From NCBI GenBank assembly GCA_949293555.1, contig CASFDV010000002.1, positions 106,210 to 170,209 on the forward strand: a DNA stretch of 64,000 nucleotides, given 5' to 3'. The position numbers were made by a program, and so were the translations under genes. The notes below the pieces were generated by a model. That model made no database searches, had not been told where the DNA came from, and saw nothing but the letters and a program-made list of their open reading frames with translations. Shown here in pieces: positions 1-7,741 of this stretch; positions within the stretch are counted from its first letter, which is position 1; the number at the start of each line of letters is the position of its first letter. The DNA comes from an uncultured Bacillota bacterium (GTDB lineage Bacteria > Bacillota_I > Bacilli_A > RFN20 > CAG-826).

Positions 1-1322
1 CCGACTTTTTCGATCCAGGTCTTGTGGCCGGCCTTGGGCGCCTTGGGGAGGAGGAGGGAGGCGGGGCGCTCATGAAGCTGCTTGAGCGTGACGTAGACCG
101 TCACCGCGACCGCGACGAGGACGATCCCGAGCGCGGCGATGATGCCTGCCGTGGGGGAGAGGATCCACTGCATCTCAGGGGAATAGAGGAGGGTGCTGAA
201 CGCCGGGTAGATTACCGAAGGGAGGACGGGGAGGCCGATTCCTAGCCCAACTCCGGCGGCGATGAGCGTGCACACGATGGCCATGAAGACGTACTTCATC
301 ACGATGCGCCCGTTCCCGACCCCAAGGGATTTCATGCAGGCGATCTGCGGCCGTTCCTCGTCGACGGTCCTGGCCATCGTCGTCAGGACGACCAACGCCA
401 CGACCAGGATGAAGAACATGGGGAAGATGAGGGCGATCACGTCGATCTTGTCCCCGTATCCGCCAAGAGTCATGTAGGAGGCGTTCTGCTCCAGAGTGAG
501 GCACTGGACGTTCTCCAGGCCGAGGGCTTCGATGGATTCCTTGACTTCGTTCACCCTGTCCAGGTACTCGGATGAATAGTAGGAAATCTCGAGATCGCTG
601 AAGGTGGTGGTCGCGCCAGGCGAGGTCGATACCTGGAGGTAGAGGTCGGTGACGGGGATGACCCCGTAGAGGCTCTGGATGAAGCTCGGGAAGGAGTCCC
701 TGGTCACGTAGATGATGTCGTTCAAGGTCTTCTCGGGGTCGGTGAGCATCGGCTCCCCGGTCTTGAGGAGGATCATGGGGTTGGCGACGATTCCTGAGAT
801 GGTCAGGGAGAAGGTGATGTCGAGCGTCTCCCCGAATATGTCGAGAGGGATGTCGATGTTGATCTCGTCCCCGACCTGGTGGGCGGTGAGGGTCTCGTTA
901 TGGCGTTCCACCATGATTTCCATGGGCTCGTCCGGCCAGCTTCCTTCCTCAAGGGTGAGGACGTTTACTTCCGGGATGTCGTCAGGGACGACGTAGATCC
1001 TCGTGTTGATCTCCTGCTCTGTCCCCGGAAGGGTGATCGGCATGTCCACGCTAGTGAGAGCGGAGGAAACCACTACATCGGGAAGCGAGGAGATTTCGTC
1101 GATGTCTTCATCCGATAATCCGGAAATATCAGTGGCTTTTACGATGATATCGGGGACATGGCCTTGCCGGAATGCCTCGCTATAGGAGGCCTCGATCGTA
1201 GGCGAAAGGGTTCCCAGCCCGGCGACGAAGGCGACGCCGACGGTGGCGATGAGGGTCAGGGAAATAAGTTTCCCCAGATTCCCCTTCATCGAGCGGAGGA
1301 CGTTCTTGAAGTAGGCGTCCAT
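1..1322 (-). CDS. FtsX-like ABC transporter permease (runs off window start, 3' part missing)
   Basis: Minus-strand frame starts MDAYFKNVLRSMKGNLGKLISLTLIATVGVAFVAGLGTL immediately after the ATPase stop; later TM segments (IFPMFFILVVALVVLTTMARTVDEERPQIACMKSLG) are typical of FtsX domains. Confidence 0.85.
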   Translation of the reverse strand, partial: MDAYFKNVLRSMKGNLGKLISLTLIATVGVAFVAGLGTLSPTIEASYSEAFRQGHVPDIIVKATDISGLSDEDIDEISSLPDVVVSSALTSVDMPITLPGTEQEINTRIYVVPDDIPEVNVLTLEEGSWPDEPMEIMVERHNETLTAHQVGDEINIDIPLDIFGETLDITFSLTISGIVANPMILLKTGEPMLTDPEKTLNDIIYVTRDSFPSFIQSLYGVIPVTDLYLQVSTSPGATTTFSDLEISYYSSEYLDRVNEVKESIEALGLENVQCLTLEQNASYMTLGGYGDKIDVIALIFPMFFILVVALVVLTTMARTVDEERPQIACMKSLGVGNGRIVMKYVFMAIVCTLIAAGVGLGIGLPVLPSVIYPAFSTLLYSPEMQWILSPTAGIIAALGIVLVAVAVTVYVTLKQLHERPASLLLPKAPKAGHKTWIEKV

Positions 1323-2024
1323 CTACCACTCGATCTCCTCGATAGGGATAGGTTGCTCGTTGATCTCGATGCTCTCGGCCTGCCCGTTCTTGATGTGGAT
1401 GACCTTGTCCGCCATGTCTTTGAGGGCGGCGTTATGGGTGACGATTATGACCGACTTCTTGTTCTCCCGGCACATGTCGTGCAGGAGCTTGAGGACGGCC
1501 TTGCCCGTCTGGTAGTCGAGGGCGCCCGTGGGCTCGTCGCAAAGGAGGATGGAAGGGTTCTTCGCGAGGGCGCGGGCGATCGAGACGCGCTGTTGCTCGC
1601 CGCCGGAAAGCTGGGCGGGGAAGTTGTCCATCCTGTCGCCGAGCCCGACCTTGCGGAGCATTTCCTCAGGGGAGTAGGCGTCCTTGCACATCTCGACGGC
1701 AAGCTCGACGTTCTCCCTCGCCGTGAGGTTGGCCATGAGGTTATAGAACTGGAAGACGAAGCCCACGTGGCTGCGCCTATAGTCCGTGAGCTCCCTTTTC
1801 CCTAGGGTCGCGACGTCCGTCCCGTTCACCAGGAGATGGCCGGAGGTGGGGGAGTCCATCCCGCCGATGATGTTGAGAAGGGTGGTCTTGCCAGCGCCCG
1901 AGGGGCCCAGGACTACCGTGAATTCCCCGTTCTCGACGTCGAAGGAAATATCGTCCAGGGCGCGGATCTCGCTTTGCCCGTTCTGGAACGACCGAATGAT
2001 GTGCTGAGCGCTGATTGCTGGCAT
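1323..2024 (-). CDS. ABC transporter ATP-binding protein (LolD/MacB type)
   Basis: Walker [17 protein letters not shown] signature, [11 protein letters not shown]; SD GGAGG upstream. Confidence 0.95.
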   Translation of the reverse strand: MPAISAQHIIRSFQNGQSEIRALDDISFDVENGEFTVVLGPSGAGKTTLLNIIGGMDSPTSGHLLVNGTDVATLGKRELTDYRRSHVGFVFQFYNLMANLTARENVELAVEMCKDAYSPEEMLRKVGLGDRMDNFPAQLSGGEQQRVSIARALAKNPSILLCDEPTGALDYQTGKAVLKLLHDMCRENKKSVIIVTHNAALKDMADKVIHIKNGQAESIEINEQPIPIEEIEW

Positions 2025-2085
2025 GAATTCCCTCCTGCCCTACTTAATGTAGGGCACCTTCCATGCAAGTCAAAGGGAAGAGCAT

Positions 2086-2109
2086 CGACAAAAGAGCGAC
2101 AACTGTTGC
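2086..2109. promoter_or_regulatory. Putative TetR operator in divergent intergenic region
   Basis: CGACAA direct repeat and imperfect palindrome GCGACAACTGTTGC between the ABC operon and tetR. Confidence 0.4.
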
Positions 2110-2121
2110 ATTATTAAGAAC

Positions 2122-2733
2122 ATGAGAAGCAGGTATAAGACTGAGAGGGCGAGGGACGTCACGGACGAGGTCAAGAAAGCGGTGTTCGCCACCTTCGTGA
2201 CAGGCGAGAAGGCCACCGCGAGCCTTATTGCGAGAAGGGCGGGAATCAACCGCTCCACCTTCTACCGGCACTTCTACGATGTCGAAGACGTCATCTCGTC
2301 GATCGAGGACGACATATTCCAGGACGTCGAGGAGGTCCTTGCCGGTCTTGATTACGAAGGCGGGAACGTGCCTTTCTTCCATGAGGTCGTCGCCTTGGTC
2401 GAAAAGTACATCCCCTTCCTCACCTACCTCTTCCGGGCGGGCGGGATGAGCGAGAACCGTTTTTTCCAGAGGATCATCGACTACGCCGAAAAGAACTATC
2501 TCCAAGGTTTCCTCATGAGCCATCCGAAGATACCTGCGGAAGAGTGCAGGCTCCTGTTTCTTTACACCCTGAACGGGTCGATCGCGCTCATCGCGGATTG
2601 GCTCCGCTCGGAGAGGACGTTAGGAAAGGAGCGCTTCGCGGAGACCTTGGACGAATATAACCGCGCCGCGATGGGGGCGCTCCTCCGGCGGAGCCGCCGG
2701 CTAGCCGATGTCGGTGACCTCGTCGGGGACTAG
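2122..2733 (+). CDS. TetR/AcrR family transcriptional regulator
   Basis: N-terminal HTH IARRAGINRSTFYRHF; divergent from ABC operon. Confidence 0.9.
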   Translation: MRSRYKTERARDVTDEVKKAVFATFVTGEKATASLIARRAGINRSTFYRHFYDVEDVISSIEDDIFQDVEEVLAGLDYEGGNVPFFHEVVALVEKYIPFLTYLFRAGGMSENRFFQRIIDYAEKNYLQGFLMSHPKIPAEECRLLFLYTLNGSIALIADWLRSERTLGKERFAETLDEYNRAAMGALLRRSRRLADVGDLVGD

Positions 2734-3195
2734 GACGTTGATGTCCTCTTCCGAAATCCCATCCACAGGCGCGATCTGGTCGAGGGTCAGGAACATATAG
2801 AGGGCATTGGCTTTCGCCAGCATTTTCCCGTCCATTGTTTGGATTTCGGCTTCTCCTTTGAAGCAAATCTTGTCGATATGCGTGATGTGGGCGACGCACT
2901 TGAGGGGAGTGTCGTAGGGGACGCCCTTGTGGTACTCGACGTTCAGCTTGAGGGTGCAGGCGTATGCCCCAGGCCTCTTGATCCATATCGCGCGCCCGAT
3001 CGTCTCGTCGAGCATTGCCGCGATCATCCCGCCATGGACCCTTTCGGGATAGGACTGGTGGTCGAACTTGTAGCGGAACAAGGCGATGAGGCTGTCATCC
3101 TCCATCTCGTAGAAGCTCGCGTGGATGCCGTAGGGATTGTTGATGCCGCAGACGATGCAGTCTTTCGCGTTGGTCTGCTTCTTTCTGACTTTCAT
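2701..3195 (-). CDS. PaaI/hotdog-fold thioesterase
   Basis: CIVCG-NPYG motif and HGGMIAAMLDE. Confidence 0.88.
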   Translation of the reverse strand: MKVRKKQTNAKDCIVCGINNPYGIHASFYEMEDDSLIALFRYKFDHQSYPERVHGGMIAAMLDETIGRAIWIKRPGAYACTLKLNVEYHKGVPYDTPLKCVAHITHIDKICFKGEAEIQTMDGKMLAKANALYMFLTLDQIAPVDGISEEDINVLVPDEVTDIG

Positions 3196-3233
3196 ACGGG
3201 GGCGATTATACGCGCGAGGTCTATAATTTCCCC

Positions 3234-4511
3234 ATGAACGTCCGCGAGCCGCTCGCCTTCCGCGTCCGCCCCAAAGGCCTTTCCGGTGTCCTCGGGCAGG
3301 AGAAGCTCCTTGAGTCCCTTTCCCGTTCGGTGGAGATGAAGTCTCCTTTCTCCTTCGTGCTTTTCGGAGGACCTGGGACGGGGAAGACGACGATCGCGGA
3401 AGCCTACTCCCGGGACATGGGCATCCATTTCAAGAAGCTCAACGCGGTCACCGCGTCGAAGAAGGAGATGCAAGAGGCGATCGAGGAGTCCCGCGGCTAT
3501 TCCCACGCGATCATCATCGTGGACGAGGTGCACCGCCTGGACAAGGCGAAGCAGGACCTTCTCCTTCCTTATGTCGAGGACGGCACCTTCTTCCTCATCG
3601 GTGCCACTACGGCGAATCCCTACGTTTCCCTCAATCGGGCGATCAGGAGCCGCTGCAGGGTCTTCGAGGTCTTCCCTCTCACGGAGGAGGAAGTCTCCCG
3701 GGGGCTCAGGAGGGCGGCGGAATCCCCGGACGGCCTCCAGGGGAAATGGAAGTTCGCCGACTCTGCCTTCTCCTTCATCGCAAGGCTTTCGGGCGGGGAC
3801 CTTCGCTTCGCCCTCAACCTGCTGGAGGCCTGTTCCATCCAGTTCCCGAAGGAAACTGAAATCGACGAGGCGATGGTCGCGACCATCGAGCGCGTCCCGA
3901 ACTACGCGATGGACAAGGACGAGGAGGAGCACTACGACTCCGTGAGCGCGCTCCAGAAGTCGATCCGCGGAAGCGATGTGGACGCTGCGCTCTACTATCT
4001 TGCGCGGCTTTGCATCGCCGAGGACCTGGATAGCATCAAGAGGCGCCTTCCCATCATCGCCTACGAGGACATCGGGCTTGCCAATCCTGCGGCCGTCGAT
4101 CGTTGCCACAAGGCCATCGAGGTCGCGGAAAGGGCCGGCTTCCCGGAAGCCGTCATCCCCCTTGCCTTCACGGTGTGCGAGCTCGCGCTTTCACCGAAGT
4201 CCCGCGCCGCGGTGGACTCGATCCACGCGACCATGGACTTCGCAAGGGAGAAGCCCTTCCTCGTCCAGGACTACTTGAAGCTGACGCCCGTCTCCTTGTC
4301 CGAGGAAGAGAAGTATGACTACGGAATGCCGGATATCTGGGAAAAGATCCAGTATTTGCCAGAGTTATTGAAGAATCGTCGTTTCTTCCAAGAGAACGCC
4401 CTTACCAGAAGCAACTACGAGAAGGCGCTCAATAGCGAGCGCGAAAGGCTTCTTAGGCAAGGAAGGACGAGCGATCTCGCCGCCTTGAAGAAAGGGCGGC
4501 GCGGCAAGTAA
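3234..4511 (+). CDS. rarA: Replication-associated recombination protein A (RarA/MgsA)
   Basis: GGPGTGKT, DEVHR, GATTANP, SALQKSIRGSD, YEDIGLA motifs. Confidence 0.95.
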   Translation: MNVREPLAFRVRPKGLSGVLGQEKLLESLSRSVEMKSPFSFVLFGGPGTGKTTIAEAYSRDMGIHFKKLNAVTASKKEMQEAIEESRGYSHAIIIVDEVHRLDKAKQDLLLPYVEDGTFFLIGATTANPYVSLNRAIRSRCRVFEVFPLTEEEVSRGLRRAAESPDGLQGKWKFADSAFSFIARLSGGDLRFALNLLEACSIQFPKETEIDEAMVATIERVPNYAMDKDEEEHYDSVSALQKSIRGSDVDAALYYLARLCIAEDLDSIKRRLPIIAYEDIGLANPAAVDRCHKAIEVAERAGFPEAVIPLAFTVCELALSPKSRAAVDSIHATMDFAREKPFLVQDYLKLTPVSLSEEEKYDYGMPDIWEKIQYLPELLKNRRFFQENALTRSNYEKALNSERERLLRQGRTSDLAALKKGRRGK

Positions 4512-4610
4512 CCGCTTTCTTGAACTTCTTGGTGTCGCTTCATCTTTTGAAGCGTATATTCCGGCATTCCAGACCTCCATGGGTCCGGAAAGAAAGGAGG
4601 TACGAGCCAC

Positions 4611-4766
4611 ATGTCCTTTATCAAGGAAAACGATCGTCCCGGCATCCTCCAGGAGGCCGAGGAGCTTGTCTACGACTACAGCCCCAAGGCCGAGGATAGG
4701 CTGGGCGAGGGTCTGCTCGCCGCGTACGTCGACGCGATGCTCTCTGGTCGGCGCGGGGGCTTCTAA
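4611..4766 (+). CDS. Small 51-aa hypothetical protein (not in ORF track)
   Basis: AAGGAGG SD at 4594-4600, ATG 4611, MSFIKENDRPGILQEAEELVYDYSPKAEDRLGEGLLAAYVDAMLSGRRGGF, host-like codons, own terminator. Confidence 0.7.
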   Translation: MSFIKENDRPGILQEAEELVYDYSPKAEDRLGEGLLAAYVDAMLSGRRGGF

Positions 4767-4784
4767 GCCCTAGGTGCGAACCCG

Positions 4785-4811
4785 AAGGGTCCCGGCGACG
4801 GGGCCCTTTTT
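4785..4811 (+). terminator. Rho-independent terminator
   Basis: AAGGGTCCC-loop-GGGGCCCTTTTT. Confidence 0.75.
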
Positions 4812-4890
4812 CCGTAGCTTATATCTCATGAGCGGATGAAGCCTCTTTGGGAATCCTTTGGTCAAGTTGCTTGCGAATTACACGGCCGAC

Positions 4891-4985
4891 TTGCAAAACA
4901 CATAGGCACAGGGTTGCAAAACACATAGCGCCTGCCTTGCAAATCCCATAACGCCCACCTTGCAAATCCCATAATCCCCCCTTGC
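4891..4985. repeat. Array of 4 direct repeats with 23-bp period (core TTGCAAAWCMCATAR) plus a partial fifth
   Basis: TTGC starts at 4891, 4914, 4937, 4960, 4982; cores TTGCAAAACACATAG x2 and TTGCAAATCCCATAA x2. Confidence 0.9.
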
Positions 4986-5019
4986 TGGCGGCAGGTGGTA
5001 ATAAGTAAAATGCAGGCTG

Positions 5020-6324
5020 ATGCAAAAGAATATTGTCGATGAACCCTATCTTCCCCGCATTGCCGAACAGACGCTTGCCCGAAAATTGGCTTCCTCCGGG
5101 TGCGTGCTGATCAGCGGTCCGAAATTTTGCGGAAAGTCCCGGCTTGCTTCTTGCTATGCCGCTTCTTCAGTGGAACTGACCGATGAAGGGAGCATCGCCC
5201 TTGCCAAGGCGGATCCGCGTGCTCTCCTCCCGGGAGATTTCCCGCGTCTCATCGACGAATGGCAGAAAGTCCCGGTCTTATGGGATCTCATTCGGTCGGA
5301 TTTGGATCATGGGTATCGGTTCGGGAAATACATACTCACAGGAAGCGCGACGCCTTCCGACCCATCGATAATTCAGCACTCCGGCGCCGGTCGGATTTCG
5401 ACGATGATCCTTCGTCCTCTTTCCTTGTATGAATCTCGCGAATCGCTTGGTGCAGCTTCCCTGAGCTCGCTGTTTTCCGCAAACCCAGAATTCACGATTG
5501 TTCCTCCTGGGGAGAATCCGATGACGCTTTCGCGAATGGCCTTTCTCATTTGCCGCGGGGGATGGCCCCTTTCTGTTTTGGCCGACGAGTCGGCGGCTCT
5601 TGATGTGACCGAAGGCTACTACGAAGGGCTTTTCCGGCAAACGGCGGGGGGCGATGAAACCAGCGCGAGGCTTGCCAACGGGGGAAGGAGCCGCCTTCTC
5701 CTTGTGTTGAAGGAACTGGCCCGCAACATATCGACGCCGGCCTCCATCGCGGGCATGGCCAGGGACATCGCCGCCTCCGGGGAATTTCCGGGCTTTTCTC
5801 CTGACACATTCATTGGCTGGAAAGAGTTTCTCGAATCGTATTTCATCGTGTTCGACATGCCTTCGTGGAACAGGAACCTCAGGAGCAGCGTTGTCACGCG
5901 GACTTCACCTGTCCGTCATTTCTTCGATCCGTCCATCGCCGCCTGCGCGCTCGGGTTCACTCCGGAATCGCTGCTCCTCGATCTTCGTACGTTCGGCTTC
6001 TTTTTCGAGGATCTTGTCGCGCGCGACCTGATCGCCTTTGCCGAATCCATGAAGGCGAGCGTCCGCCATTACAGGGATTCCTCCGATCTTGAGGTGGACT
6101 TTATCTTGGAAATGCGGGACGGGAGGTATGCCGCGATCGAGGCGAAGCTTGGGAGTCTTGAAGGGGTCGCCATGGGGGTTTCCTCCTTATCCCGCTTCGC
6201 CGCGCGCCTTCAGCGGGCCGGGCAGCCCCTCCCCGCCTTTCGGATGGTGGTCACCAGCCATGGGGCCTGCTATAGAGAAAAGGACGGCACGTATGTCGTC
6301 CCTCTCAACTGCCTGAGGCCCTAG
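5020..6324 (+). CDS. AAA+ ATPase (AAA_14) with DUF4143 PD-(D/E)XK-like C-terminal domain
   Basis: GPKFCGKS Walker A, LIDEWQ Walker B, LTGS, GGWP, C-terminal EVDFILE...AIEAK. Confidence 0.9.
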   Translation: MQKNIVDEPYLPRIAEQTLARKLASSGCVLISGPKFCGKSRLASCYAASSVELTDEGSIALAKADPRALLPGDFPRLIDEWQKVPVLWDLIRSDLDHGYRFGKYILTGSATPSDPSIIQHSGAGRISTMILRPLSLYESRESLGAASLSSLFSANPEFTIVPPGENPMTLSRMAFLICRGGWPLSVLADESAALDVTEGYYEGLFRQTAGGDETSARLANGGRSRLLLVLKELARNISTPASIAGMARDIAASGEFPGFSPDTFIGWKEFLESYFIVFDMPSWNRNLRSSVVTRTSPVRHFFDPSIAACALGFTPESLLLDLRTFGFFFEDLVARDLIAFAESMKASVRHYRDSSDLEVDFILEMRDGRYAAIEAKLGSLEGVAMGVSSLSRFAARLQRAGQPLPAFRMVVTSHGACYREKDGTYVVPLNCLRP

Positions 6325-7376
6325 GCGCCCTTTTTCGAGTTCGATCTCGTCTCCATCGCTTCCAGGCGCGTCGCGCGGAAGACCTTCCGGATGTCTTCGA
6401 GAAGCTGCGCCTTGTCGTAGCCGGGGGCGTTCCAGTAGCGGATGACCAAGGAGGGCTTCTTCCTCTCGGTCTTCTCGACCCCGTAGAGGTAGTAGTTCGC
6501 GATCTTGCTCTTTTGCTGCTTGGTCAGCCATGCAGAGTTGCCGCTGGCCATGATCACCGCGAGGATGTCATCGCTGAGGCGTCTCAGCTCGGGGCATTCG
6601 CCGGAGAAGATGAGGGAAGGGGCGACTTTCTTGAGAGACGGGTCGTGGTCGATGGAGATGTCCGCGAGCCTCTTTGCCCTCATGGGCCTCCAAGTTTTCC
6701 CGTTGTTGTAGATCAGGTGCATTTTCCCGTTGGCGTATGCATGCACGCGTCCGTCCGCGTTGATTCGGATGTACCGGATGTCCTTCAGGCGCAGGATTCC
6801 CGAGGAGGTCCGGAACTCCATCTCGTCCAGCGCTTCCTCGAGCATTTGCCGGTAGGCCGGCTCATCCCCGAAGATGGCGCTGGCGATGCGGAAGGGCAGG
6901 CACCAGTCCGAGGCGACCCTGTCCCAAGTGTTCACTCTGGCGAGGAACCTCCTCATCAGCATGTCGTGGCTGAAGAAGCCCATCTCCTTGAGCTTCGTCG
7001 AGAGCCTGCCTTTGAGCTTCAGCCGATTCTTTCCCTCCTTCAGGTCGCTCACGTACTCGCGGTAGAGGCGAAGGGATGAGACGACGTCGAGGTACGCGCG
7101 GTTCTGGCTCTTTTCGAACTCCTTGAGGGCGAGGGCCTCCATCGTTTCCAAGAGCAGGGAACGGGACTTGTTGTCGAGGACGACCATCGCATGAACTAGT
7201 TCCTCGATTTCCTTGTTTCCTGTCAGGCTGGCGACGTCGGGGTCCTTGAGTGCGATGCGATAGGCCCTCTTGATCCTGCTGACGTAGGACGCCGCGCTTT
7301 TGGATGTTCCTGTCTTAGGATGCGCGTGCACCATGTAGTAGGCCGCGTAGTCGTCAAGATGCGTTTTGAGATCCAT
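6321..7376 (-). CDS. Hypothetical protein, possible split HNH-type nuclease
   Basis: SD GGAGG before ATG 7376; ISIDH motif and terminal LEAMETRSNSKKG resemble the two halves of an HNH site. Confidence 0.6.
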   Translation of the reverse strand: MDLKTHLDDYAAYYMVHAHPKTGTSKSAASYVSRIKRAYRIALKDPDVASLTGNKEIEELVHAMVVLDNKSRSLLLETMEALALKEFEKSQNRAYLDVVSSLRLYREYVSDLKEGKNRLKLKGRLSTKLKEMGFFSHDMLMRRFLARVNTWDRVASDWCLPFRIASAIFGDEPAYRQMLEEALDEMEFRTSSGILRLKDIRYIRINADGRVHAYANGKMHLIYNNGKTWRPMRAKRLADISIDHDPSLKKVAPSLIFSGECPELRRLSDDILAVIMASGNSAWLTKQQKSKIANYYLYGVEKTERKKPSLVIRYWNAPGYDKAQLLEDIRKVFRATRLEAMETRSNSKKGA

Positions 7377-7554
7377 GATGTTCCTTCCTCCCTGGATGAC
7401 CACATCATGGGCTGTCGTTTTGAGATTTTTTAAAAAACTCGACTGTCGTCCGTTTTTCCGGACACAAATTTTCTCTAGGTCGGGAAGGGGCCGGGCGAGT
7501 TTCGAAATCTTCTTCCGGATGGTCACGGGACTTAAAGGTCTGTATATTTCTGCT

Positions 7555-7644
7555 ATGAAAAGAGAGGAGAGGCCTGAGGCAAGGACGAATCCGCGGGATC
7601 CTTTTCGGATGATTGGGATTCCTCTCTCTCTCTCTCTCTCTTAG
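7555..7644 (+). CDS. Putative leader peptide (29 aa) containing (CT)10
   Basis: TATATT -10 at 7543-7548, ATG 6 nt later; MKREERPEARTNPRDPFRMIGIPLSLSLS stops right after the repeat. Confidence 0.5.
   Translation: MKREERPEARTNPRDPFRMIGIPLSLSLS
7622..7641. repeat. (CT)10 simple sequence repeat
   Basis: Directly visible; the only long dinucleotide tract I noticed in the window. Confidence 0.97.
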
Positions 7645-7666
7645 GTAGTCTCGCTAAGGAAGGGAC

Positions 7667-7694
7667 GGGCCCGCGTTTTCCGCGCGGGCTTTTT
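7667..7694 (+). terminator. Intrinsic terminator/attenuator upstream of lipoprotein gene
   Basis: GCCCGCG (7669-7675) pairs with CGCGGGC (7683-7689), followed by TTTTT. Confidence 0.75.
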
Positions 7695-7741
7695 CGCATT
7701 CCTTCCCCGAAGGCTGCCATTAGGAAAGGAGAAGGAATCCT

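Noticed and set aside
2701-2733. Convergent 3' overlaps (tetR/thioesterase; also nth/recU) as antisense regulation
   Set aside because: Short overlaps are expected in a compact GC-rich genome; no further support
4512-4780. 6S RNA beside rarA
   Set aside because: Better explained by an SD-led small ORF; no long rod with a central bubble recognised
4891-4985. CRISPR array
   Set aside because: Core is only 15 bp with 7-8 bp linkers, is not palindromic, and no cas genes are in the window
5020-7376. Septu/PARIS-type ATPase plus nuclease system
   Set aside because: Genes are convergent rather than operonic, and the ATPase is AAA_14/DUF4143 type, not the ABC-type PtuA/AriA
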